NCBI RefSeq assembly: GCF_964355755.1
Contig: NC_092671.1
Coordinates: 8,122,001 to 8,186,000 of the forward strand
Direction: 5' to 3'
Source: Antedon mediterranea
Lineage: Eukaryota; Animalia; Echinodermata
Length of the DNA: 64,000 nt
The notes under the pieces were generated by a model. It ran no database searches. It was not told the DNA's origin and saw only the letters and a program-made list of their open reading frames with translations. Position numbers and translations under genes: made by a program. Position 1 is the first letter of the stretch. Every line of letters begins with the position of its first letter. Below are positions 42,201-54,030 of this stretch, one piece after another.

Positions 42201-44418
42201 ATGGTATGACTGACCAATGTATTTTTCCTGTGTTCTTTGATGTCACGACAATATAATATGTATCAATACAGTTGTTTAATCTAGCAATTACAAATCTTAA
42301 GAAAGAAAAATATGCGATGCACCTTGTGGAAATGCACTGTTACGTACAATATCAAATGTTACTACACATTGTGTACATCTCATTATACAAATATCGCAAT
42401 AAAGACGGCAAACATTAAACATTTCAATACACACATCTCTTCAATCCATTCACTATCTGATATGTATATGACTTGCCGATAATCAGGTACTCATTAAGTG
42501 ATACCTTACTTGTATATCATGAATATATATTTGAGTGACCCTAGCCTACAGAAAAAGAAACATTTAAAGGGCTAAAATCAATGAATATCTTAGAAATCAC
42601 AGAGGTACTAAATGATCATGTCCAACTGAGTACCCTAAGGATAGAACCTTGTTCAAAATGCTGTATGGCAAACTGAAAAGGTTAATCACAAATTTGTTTT
42701 ACTAGACATGCACGATATTGTCTCTTTGTTCAAGTAAAACGTGAAAATTCATATTAATTAAGAGATTGGATTAAAATGAAATTTCATATGATCATATTTG
42801 GCGATCGTTTTGCCGCTGCACGACATTCAATGCCCTCATCGTATTTAAGTGCAACTTGATCATGCAAAATAAAAAATAGCAAACTTCTCGGGCGTTTTAC
42901 AAACCGATGACTGGGCATGTACAGCGATGACTTACAACTGTTACCTATATTATTCAACGAACATAATACAATCCCTAATCAAATGATTGATAAATCGATT
43001 AAAAAAGTTTAAGAAAGTTTACTGCCATCTGAATAAATTAATATTGTCAGATTTCAGCAATAAATCTTTCAAAATAGAACTTCATAATCATGATTGTTTT
43101 TTTCTAAAGTAAACATTTATATAATTATTCCATTAGAATACATATATAACTAATATTGATAATTGATTTTGTATATTAATGATTTAAATTTATGATAATA
43201 ATTGTCGATAAGCCGCTTTACAAAAACCCAAATATTCCACATAAAAATTAACAATTAGATTAAGTAATCAGAGAAATTCAATAGATACAAATTGATGTAT
43301 CAATTCTCGAGTTATTGCAGAACGTTAAAGCAGGGAAACAATGCAACGCTCTGTGAAAATCATTATCATTACTAATTGAAACAAATTAGTTTGATTATCA
43401 GTTAAGTAGAATGGTGATTTATTCTAACAACCTTGATAAATAATTCCAAATAACGACATATTACAAGTATTTTTTCTTGCTTCCAATTCAATTGATCAAG
43501 GTTAATTTAAACAATTCCCGACGAATCTAGCCCCCTTCATGCAAATTTGAGCCTAACTTTTGTTTTGGTAATGGTCGCCCAGGGAAAGAGAGAATTATTC
43601 CCGCATGAATTAAACAAATCAGTTTAGCTCAAACCATTCACAACACGATTTTTATAAGGCATACAAAAATATTGAGCAGAATGTATTTGCATTCCCTAGA
43701 CGTTGGAGTGTACCGGTACTGTAGTTTATAATGTTCTATGTTGTAATACAGTGAAATATAGAGTACATTGATACTTGAAGGAGGTGGTGGTGAGGTTAAT
43801 GATGGTGGTGGATGATGGTCAGGGTCAGCAAAGTATAAAGAATTGCAAAGTACTGACAGTGTTATCGTCGTATTGTCCTACAATGACAGAACATGGAATG
43901 TAATTGTTTTGTAGTTTGTGCTACAATTGCAACCATGATCAACATTACATTATATCCATTTTTTAAAGTACGTTATTTTGGTTCAATAAAAAGTAAACAA
44001 CTTTAACCAAATATATTTATAATTAGAATAACTATATAATGAGATATCCATTCTTCAAATTAAAAATATTTTCAATCATACCATAGATTTAAAAAATAAG
44101 AATTTGAATTTCAAACTTTAATAATGTATTTGAATGGTACATTTTATTGGCTTTATATGGTAGGCATATAGGCACATCGTATTCTGCTTGTTAAATTAAA
44201 CTACCTTCATAATAAATCAATTATTTTTTCTACTACACCATTTTGGAATTTCAGAAATACTTTTTTCTTAAATTTATTGTGGATGAAACTTGCGGTTAAA
44301 CAAACTATTTTACGAAATCGGTGACAATCTTAATTAATCAATTCTCCTACTACCATTTAAAACTGAAGACCAATGATTGTATATTCCTACGTGCTATGCA
44401 AGAAGTCGCTCACTTATT

Positions 44419-44558
44419 ATGCAAATGTTACTTCTTATCGTACTTGATTGGCTTACCGCGGTCACGTGAAGACTTTCACGGTTAATTCGGTCCAATAATC
44501 TAAAACTCTCAGATCATCAATGCCCAACAACATCTTTCTAAGCATCGTTGTATAAATA
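44419..44558 (+). promoter_or_regulatory. Hox2 proximal promoter: octamer, CCAAT, E-box, TATA-like
   Basis: ATGCAAAT 44419-44426; ATTGG 44447-44451; GGTCACGTG 44460-44468; CCAAT 44492-44496; TATAAATA 44551-44558, about 110 nt before the ATG. Confidence 0.6.
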
Positions 44559-44664
44559 TATTAGAGGAGAAATTCCTAAAACGGAAGATTTAATCTAGCT
44601 TGATCTATCTAATAATTTTCAAACATAAACACAGGTCTTGAAAAGGTACTGAAAAAATATAAGC

Positions 44665-45055
44665 ATGTCTTGCGCGTTACTTGGCGATTGTAGTGACGGT
44701 GGAGGAGGAGGCGGTAGCGGGGAACCATCTGCAGGAGACGTTATCAACACTCAGGCTTCAAATCAATCAATCATGTCTTCAAGTAGGTACGTTAATAATG
44801 AATGTGTGGCAACCAGTCTAGCCTCTCACTCTACACCATCTCCGACGACAGACTACACACCCGTGGACCCAACAACATTCTCCTGTTCCCTCGGGTTCGC
44901 TGGCCTACCCAGGACTTGCACCAAAGTCGCAGAAGTTTCGCCGGATGAGCGTAACAAGCCGATTGCATCCGTGAAGCTACCGGAATATCCATGGGCAAAA
45001 GAAACCCTAGGGCCTATACAAACACAATTGAACCAGACAAACAACGGGAGCAAAG
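44665..45055 (+). CDS. Hox2: Hox2 coding exon 1
   Basis: GC-richer ORF from ATG 44665 (an internal ATG at 44773 is a possible alternative start). Contains LPEYPWAKE, the PG2 hexapeptide context (usually PEYPWMKE). Phase-1 donor AAAG|GTAGGC at 45055/45056. Confidence 0.9.
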
Positions 45056-48000
45056 GTAGGCTATTCTTATTTTGACAACTTGACGTATTGATAATTAATG
45101 AAATTGTTTAAAAATCGAAAATGCTTTTAAGATAACTGAGATAGATTTGTTATTGAATTACTAAAACCGTAATGTATTTTTTGAAATCATTATTGTATTG
45201 TTGTGCATTAATAACATTTTTTTTGTTCTTAATTTGTAATAATGTTAATATACATCAGCGTATCATCAAAATGTTGACAAAAGAAATTTATGCAAATCTA
45301 TCAAAAGTGTGCAATTGTTTGACAGATAATTTGTGCACCAAAATTGTTTAGCAATGTATGATTTACAACACAAATATTTTCTTATCAAAGTTTTAGAACG
45401 ACGTAGGCCTAACATGTGTTCCCATACATAGAGACATCGTTTATTTGCGCTATATGTAAATCTATATTATTATTACTGTACATCGTAAAAACAATTATTA
45501 GATAATTCTTCAATGGTAAACCAACAAACAAATTAATAATTGGGTTGGTTTTTTACTTTTTTTATTATTTACTAATCTAATAACGTGATGACAAATTAAA
45601 TATATTTTAGAATAGTTCAAATGAAAAGTATCTTATCATGTAGATTGTGAGTTGCGAATAATATATATCATGGTATCGCTGTTATATAATTCGTTATGTA
45701 TATAAATTTAACCATTGTATAGTCATTTATATAAGACTTAGAAAGTATATTACGATAATCGCAACTTAAGGTCTTCCTACATTTTAATTTTTTTGTTGGA
45801 TGACCACATGGTTCTAGATTTTTATTTAATTTGGTAGGACAGAATAACCGCAATAAACACTGACCTAAACATTTTCCAAACATTGTTACATTGAAGTACA
45901 TAGAAAATTAAGCACACTAATTGGTTCGTCGTTTATAATCATTGTTTGTGCGACTCATCCTGCCAACGTATTGTCATAAGTGGTAAAGATGATTTTACAC
46001 TATGGTTATAGGTTCTTTATTATTAAAGTGTAGACAGTATAGAGTAGTTTGTATTGCGACTTTACTATAAGAAAGGTTAAAAAAGTTTATTTTTATATAA
46101 CGAATTTGGGTATCAAACAAGTTGAGAAGTTTTGTCAAAAACAACAACTTGAAATCATAGTCATTCGTATCGGAATAAAAGTAATGATTTTGTTTTGCTC
46201 TGCTATTAAGTTTTTTTGCTTGTAACATTGACTTATTCAAGTATGTTCAAAGACTAGGCCTGCGTGTTATGTTATTATTGGTTATTATATAGGCCTATGG
46301 TTAAATATCGCCACTGTCTTTTGAGTACATGTTCCAGGTCATATCTTTCCAATAGGACTTGACTGAACTCATTTGTATATAACAGTTGTTTACATTTAAT
46401 TTATTTATTTATATTCGCGTTATCTTTTTATCGTGTTTATGTTAGGCTAAGTAACAAAATGGCATATTAGTTATATGTGCAATTAAAATTCTGAATAATC
46501 AATTTTTTTCTAAACTTATATAATAATTCATTCAATAGTCTTACAATATTCGTTGAATTGAAAGCATAACGTTGTTTTATCTTTTGAAAAGACGACTTTA
46601 TAAAAATATAATATCACATTAAATATTATATTATAGGCCTACAATCATTTAAAAAAAACGAATTATATGTGACGTATTGATAGAAGTGCATTGAGTGTCT
46701 CAAGAGATAAAATTAAAACGAAAAGAGAAATTCTATCCCGAGTCGGTTAGATCATAGTTGACAAAAGTGTTAATAGAGTCTTCGAGTGGTGGAAGCAATA
46801 AAAGCAATATACCGCTTAGGCCTGTAGCGTTATAATCGCGTTGGTTTTGCATTTTCAATATGTTTGTGAAAAAAAACAGTAAGAGAAATATTTCTCTTAA
46901 AAATCCAGTAACATTTCAGCTCGTTCCGTTTATTAGAATAATCATTTGTAACGTAAAATTAAATATTTAATATAAAATACTGAGTTAATACTTTCTTACT
47001 TACCTAAATTTATAGCATTAGGTCCAAACTTGAATTAAAACGAGTGTAACTCCAAATAAAGCGGCAGGATACATTGATATATTTAATTATTTTTAAGAAT
47101 CTGCTCAAACTTGGTCGATCTCTTTCACTCTCTACTCTTTTCTAACGTCCAAGTATCATTTAAACGTGTTCTTCTTTTTTAACCCTTTCCTTAAAAAACA
47201 AAATGTGGTTTCTTTATTGGTAGGCCTATGTGTTAGTGAGGCCTATGTGTTAGTGAAGGATGTTAGTTAGTACCCAGAACACCTTTATTACAAAAACATT
47301 ACTAAAATTGAACCGGTATTTAATAATAACGGTAGGCCTAATAGTTAAATTTCACAGTTGTAATAGTTAGTCTATACCAATGAAAGATAAGTGTATGGTT
47401 TTTCATCAAATCTAAAGCTACGCATTAGGCTTTTTCTAGGCCTACGACATGCTCACTTGACGGGTGCGGGGACGGGTATTAAACAAACGGCGAGAATCTG
47501 AATTTACATACATATTTTAAACGTTAATTTAATTGTTTATAAATCTCTTAATATCTAAGTAATCTTTTTTCTACTATTGTTCATTTTCTGCTATTGATAA
47601 TTTTACTTTACACAAACGGTGCACTTATAACAATTGATTATATCGTTGGTTAATCTGAATTTGTAAATTTATTCTTCGCCTAACTTATTTCATCTGCGGC
47701 TAAATTCTATGTCACTTTGTCAACTCAAATCGCCACCTGCAATCCGTATTATGTCATTTTTGTCAGCTAAATTTCTGTTCATTTCTTTTTGATTAAAACT
47801 GTATGAATTCCATTTCGACCACTCGTTGTCCATCATTCAACTGTCGCAGAAAACTTTAGAAAGCGAATGTAATGCATTATGTGTGTAACACAATATTAGG
47901 TAGAACTGCATAAATATTGTATAGTTTATTTATCATTTGTGTGCGTTTTGTCATCATTTGTCAATGCATTGTTAAGTTTCTTTATCCTTATGTTAATATT

Positions 48001-48914
48001 TATATTGTTTATACAATTTTTACCAATCCATCACTCAATGAGCAAAGCATATTCCTTTTTAATGCTAATTTTCCTTCACCGTAGATGATAAAGCCGATCG
48101 GTAACGTAATTTAAAGTTTGCGTATGAATTTGAAATTTTAAAATTACGTAGGAAAAAAAACAATGCGGTGCAAATTTGAAAAGCGCACACGTAGTCGGGT
48201 CTTGGTTTTCCATAGAGTTGTTGAGATGTTCATTGTTAATCACGACAATAGCTCGTCAATTAGTATATTAATGAGTTTATAACTGATCGAAGTAACAACA
48301 GCTAAATAAAGACTTGACAAATTGCGAGAATATAATTTTAATTCTTAGCACGCAATACGTATGGGTAACATTGTCGGGCAAAAAAAGTTATATGAGATCT
48401 ATTACAATGCGTAGGCTAGACACACTGTTGCCGGTGTAGGTCTATCTACGGGCTGCTCAAGGAAAATGTGATCCTGGTAGATGTGTAACTGGTGTGTCAT
48501 AACAAATCAACAACCGGTGAATAATTGAAAGAAATGCACAAAAAGCAGTCTAAAAATCTAAAAATAATTATTTATATTGATTATAATAATGGATTATTAA
48601 TATCGTTATTGCTATTATTTTATCTTGGGAGTATACCAGGCTCATTCGATCTACTTCAGTATTAGAAAAACATAATTTACATGTATTTTAAATTGTTTTC
48701 GTCTACATTTGAATGTAATATATAAATAAATGGTAAACTAATATTATTTTATAATACAATTTTTTTTTTTGTTATGTAGTGCGCCCTCATAGTTAAATAA
48801 AGTTTTTGTATTGTTTGTTCAACTTTTGTATTGATTGATTGATTGATTGATCACTTTATCTCAGAATAACAAAATTCCATGTACTATATAAAACTGAATT
48901 CTCTTTTTTTTTAG
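45056..48914 (+). other. Hox2: Hox2 intron (3859 nt, GT-AG, phase 1)
   Basis: GTAGGC...TTTTTAG; splicing preserves the frame between hexapeptide and homeodomain. Confidence 0.9.
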
Positions 48915-49768
48915 AGAGTACGAAAGGTGAACCACCAAGACGAGCAAGGACTGCGTTTACCACCACCCAATTGCTTGAACTAGAGAAAGAATTCCATTAC
49001 AACAAATACCTATGCCGACCAAGAAGAATTGAAATCGCAGCCATGTTAGAGTTAACAGAACGTCAGGTAAAAGTTTGGTTTCAAAACAGGAGAATGAAGC
49101 AGAAACGCGTCGCGCTAAAACAGGCGGCCAAAAAACGGTCGCAGAAAATCCACGCTGGAGACACGGGTTCACATTTGGATCATTTGAATACAGACGCTAC
49201 GGCACTTAGTAACTGTTCAATGAAACTAGAAAACTCTTATAAATCCTGCGTGGTAAGCAGGTCTGATTGCTGTATAGGAATGCCGGACTACCAAAGAGAA
49301 AGTGAACATTGCATTGAAAAGGTAGCTAATAATATTCAAAATGGTTACCACGGGCAGCCGCACTCAGGGCAGACCTGGTATGATTCCGCCGTACCGGTAT
49401 CGGACAACTCAATACAACAAAATTCAAACAGAGTGTGTCAAATTCCTGCTTCTGCAGATTCTATTTCTCAAGTAAGACGACCTATTTTTGGTGCTAATTC
49501 TCATTGCATCTACAGCAACACGTCTGCGCCGACGGACGAGAATTCATCATGTCGTATGGCGTCATCAATTCCGAATTTACCGGCAAATTATCAAAGCTTT
49601 CCAACTAATTGCAATTTCCCGACAAAATATGTTACCGATTCATTTATGAGTCTGAAACCAGGAAAGAAATCAACATGGGCAGGACACTTTCCAGAACAAA
49701 TGCTAGGCCATCAAGGAGCGCAGCAAATGGTGTTCCAGTCGGCGGTGTTTCCGCAAACATTCACTTAG
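48915..49768 (+). CDS. Hox2: Hox2 coding exon 2 (homeodomain 48935-49114 and long C-terminus)
   Basis: T-tract then TTAG|AG at 48914/48915, phase 1, in frame. Homeodomain [60 protein letters not shown] carries the PG2/pb diagnostics TQLLE, [14 protein letters not shown] and [11 protein letters not shown]. Stop TAG at 49766-49768. Confidence 0.96.
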
Positions 49769-50170
49769 ATCCAGCCTCGACGGTACTGGCACCCGATGAA
49801 GTGTTAAGTGCCATATGTGATACCGTACCGATGTTTAAAAAGTTTGTAATTAAAAGTGTTAACAAATTCTGTAAGCTATCGTAATTGTCACAGCATTATA
49901 ATCATTGTTTCTTTATAATTATTATGATTGTATTGTAAAGAAACAAACAAATTATGTTCGAATATTCATTCTGATTTATTATTTGACTTTAACAACCACC
50001 CGTTTTTCAAGTGTTATTTAGATGCAATTTCTATAGATAAGATACGGTATACAATACTAAATTAGAAAGTATTTTTCACTCAAGACTGCACTCGCAACAC
50101 ACAAATCGTGTAATACGGATGTGTTTATTCTGTGCACAGGCCTAAACGCTTAATATGTGTGTACATTAAT

Positions 50171-50191
50171 TGTAAATATACACTTAATAAA
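50171..50191 (+). terminator. Candidate Hox2 polyadenylation signal with upstream Pumilio-type element
   Basis: TGTAAATA at 50171-50178 and AATAAA at 50186-50191, about 420 nt after the stop. No transcript evidence. Confidence 0.35.
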
Positions 50192-53100
50192 CTATGGAGG
50201 GTCTGATATATTATGCTTAATAATAATCGTCATATCGTGATTCAAAGGTTTCACATTCTATGATAAATTATGTGGAAGAATCACATTTTTCATATTAAGA
50301 TTCCAAATTAAAAACTCCCTTTTCATTCCTACTGGGAAAACAGATTTTCCTAACCAATTATGTAGACAGAGGGAAAAGTCTCTCTAATAGATTTTCGCAA
50401 ATAACCTCCTGGGTCAATTCTGAAGCCTCTGGGATCCAACACACAATCCTTAGCTCGTCAACTTTGTGTAGAGTTCGAGATACGAGTTCTTACAACTGAT
50501 TATGTATCTTCTTATCGTGAAGACAATGCTTTATTAGCTGAATGATGAAACGCACACTTGGGAATGTAGGTTATTAAAAATGCATTTTTTTTTTCAATTG
50601 CGATTCAATGTCACAGGTCCAGTGAGCTACTCAAAAGTTGTGTTCATGCCTATTATATAATCAGTTCATCTAAAACCGGCCAGTGTTTTTTAGAATAAAA
50701 AGGTGACACGTTATTGTATTACCACTACAAGAGTACTATACATTAAGTATACACGTTTAGGCCCAACAAAGTGTCCATTAGGAGTGCCTGGAATGGGGTT
50801 TGGCCGTGTAGTGTTGTATATTTACCCTCAGTCATTTCATGAGAAAGTGTCTCCTTCTTGCAAGGAGTGCCCTCGTATAGATCTGTTGAGAGGTATTATA
50901 ATAAGTACAGCATATTCGTTTACAATTTTCAATAAAGTTTTAGCAGCAATAATTATAAGTATAGTTCACACGTGATCGCAATCGAGACCTAAGCAACTGC
51001 TTAGAAGGGTATTCTGTCCGAGTGATGATTATTTAATCTTTGATTTTATATTTTTTTAAATAAGTTTTATACAATAATATATGTAATTATAATTATTATG
51101 TTGACATTATACATGTTTGACCAATCGATTGCTCAACGATCAAGAAACGTGCCAGAGGGCTTGGCGATGCGCTTCGAAAAAATGCGCATGGATTGTGGAT
51201 TAATAGATTACATATAAATGAGAATGGATTAACGTTAATCCCTAACTTCAATGATACAAACATTTCGCAAATCACTTTTAGTAGTCTTTTACTCGTATTT
51301 AATAATAACAAATTCCCTTTTCTATGTAATACGGGGATAAAGCGATTACGTAAAAGTTTACGTCGACAATTACAGGGATTCGGTGACGTTATAAAATCTT
51401 ACGTCACAAATTACGAGGATCAAGCGACATTATAAACGTCACACTTTTTAATTATTCATTCCCAAAATTTCACTCATTTTAATTTATTAATTATTAAGTT
51501 CATGATATTTACAATGTTTCCACAATGTGCAATAGAACAACAATGGTGACGATTAAAACGCGTTTCATTTATTTTACAGGTTATGTGCAATTTTAAATAG
51601 GTTTTCCTTCTATAACTTAATATTTTAAATTCTGAGGCATATTCCCTTATTTTTTTGGATAAAATATTATTTTACACTATAGTAAATTGATTAATGTTAA
51701 TATTACGTATAGGCTAATATGATTGGTGGTCACTTTTGTTTTAATTAGTTGTACTTTGTAATAAAAGAAAGATTAAGCGTTAAAGTTTTTGTTACAATTT
51801 AGTATATTATATAAAAAAAAAAAAATACGTTTGGGAATTACGTAACCTTGAAATTCAACAAGGAATTCAATCAGCATAAGGTTTCATGAAAGAAACGCTT
51901 TTCAACTTAATTTATATGAAAGAATTTGCGATGAGATCGTTTTCAATTCTTTCAATTTCACAAAGTTAATCAGCGTTTCTGATTTATGCATCTTTTCATA
52001 ATGACTTATTATTAATATTATTATTAATATTATTAAACTTCAAAATCCGCTAAACCCTACACAGAAGCGGGCTCTCGGTGTACCGATAATTACAAAAATG
52101 TAAATTGTTATAATTTAAATATCTGTTTGCGTAATGTTTAAAGAATAATTATTGGAAGATACACTCTGTGTTCTTTATTAATTTCATGTATAATGTTCCC
52201 ACAAAGGTCTTAACTATTATGGTTATATCAATGTATATAGGCCTAACTCAGATTTTACTGGTTAATGTAAAATCGCGTATCAAGGCTATTATGTTTTTAA
52301 TTATTTGTACATCATTTTTTCAGTGTATGTAAATAAAGTAATGTACAGTATCTACAACAGGGTACGTGTAAATAATGTGCAATTTAATATTTTGTATATA
52401 ATTATTATTATTGTAATATTGATAATAGACCTACTGAAACACGTAGGCAACACTCTGAACTGAGTTCATTATATATTATAATTATGTATTTCCATGTATT
52501 TTCTTTTGTCTTATGAATATCATTATAAAAACAGGGTAAGCGCTATCTCTTGCTGTAATTGTAAGTTATCATGCAATATCATTTAAGTAATAAACATGTT
52601 TCAAGAAAATATTCTGTTTTATTTGTTTTAGTTTTTAACATCTTTGAGTGATATTTAAAATGACGATTACCTTAATATATTGCCATATTGTTTTCAGAGA
52701 TCTATGTGAGAATAGCATTGTAATATATGATACATTTATCACTCACTATTCCGGTGATATCGATAAAAAGATAGTAACAGGTTATAGCACGTTGATGATG
52801 ACGTTAAAGATAACGACGAATAATAATGATTCATGAAGACGATGATGATAATGACGGTGATGCGTCGATGACAATGATAGTGTTCCTTGGGTAACGATGA
52901 TGATAATGATTATAACGATGCGAAAAATAAATCAACGTCACCTTTATTCGAAACGTCATAAGTATACAGCGCATGCTCGTACGGTATAATTATATTGAGA
53001 AGAACATGATTTCTGACTCTATGAAATACTTCTGTTTTCTTTTGCTTTGTGTAATGTTCTTTAACGACTGCAGGTTGATGAGGCTTACAAACACCATAGC

Positions 53101-53569
53101 CTTGGACGCAATCCTAAATGTAGCATTTCCCGGTTTTAACTTCGTATTGTTAATAATAACAATATCAAATCTGCCACAATAGGGCAATGGCCGGGTAAAG
53201 GTTTATTAATATGACTTAACAAAACACATGATTGTACTGAAGGCAACTCATTTAAGCTATCTCCAATTATATATAAATGTAACGTTGATGTTTATTCGTT
53301 ACGAGGATTTGTTTTATTGTAATACCTATAGCCGTTTCCCGATAGCTCAGCATTAATCTTGATTTTTAGCTTTTATTTTGATGTTTGCTTATTTTATATC
53401 CCGATTTGCGATAATAATTAACTGAAAAGCTTAAAACAAGAAAATATATCTGAAAAAAATAATATGAAACGATAAAAAAGTGAAGAAAAGCGAGAGTGGA
53501 ACAAATAAGCGAGAGGGAGAAGAGAGAGTAAAGAACATTTACGAAGGTGAAGAAAATCATTGAGAGTGA

Positions 53570-54030
53570 TAATATTTTAAGTGAGTGAAGACAATTTGCA
53601 GGATTGAAGGAAATCATTGAGGGTGAAAAATCATCATCGATTAGAAATTCTGCGGGATTGAAGAAGTATACCAGCGGGAGTGAAGTAAACCACTGGGAGT
53701 GAAGACAAGTTTCGGGAGTGACGTAAACCACATTGAGAGTGAAGACAAGTTTCGGGAGTGACGTAAACCACTAGGAGTGAAGACAAGTTGCGGAAGTGGA
53801 GTAAACCACTGAGAGTGAAGAAATTCGGGAGTGACGTAAACCACCGAGAGTGAAGAAAAGTTTCGGGAGCGACGTAAATCACTAGGAGTGAAGAAAAGTT
53901 TCGGGAGTGAAGTAAACCACTGAGAGTGAAGAAATGCTGCGAGAGTAAAAACAAATCTACGTGATTAGGCCTAAAGAAAAATATTTAGAGTGAAAAAATC
54001 AACGAGAGTGAAGCAAATCATAGTGAAGAA
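53570..54030. repeat. ~38-bp minisatellite built from ~19-bp GAGTGA subunits
   Basis: GAGTGAAGACAAGTTTCGGGAGTGACGTAAACCACT repeated ~7 times at 53678-53935, with degenerate flanks. Confidence 0.9.

Noticed and set aside
41821-42246. 141-aa minus-strand ORF and other 60-140 aa ORFs in the track
   Set aside because: Often non-ATG starts, I/F/L/K-biased composition typical of random AT-rich DNA, and no recognisable domains.
47222-47257. 17-bp direct repeat GGCCTATGTGTTAGTGA x2
   Set aside because: Local slippage duplication with no further structure.
48830-48851. Pbx-Hox site array (TGAT)n in the Hox2 intron
   Set aside because: A simple (GATT)n microsatellite explains it.
49609-49884. Overlapping ORF suggesting a frameshifted Hox2 C-terminus
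   Set aside because: TTG start and no recognisable Hox2 motif; the main frame is open to a normal stop. RNA-seq would settle it.
53366-53954. Minus-strand repetitive ORFs
   Set aside because: Products of the ~38-bp minisatellite.
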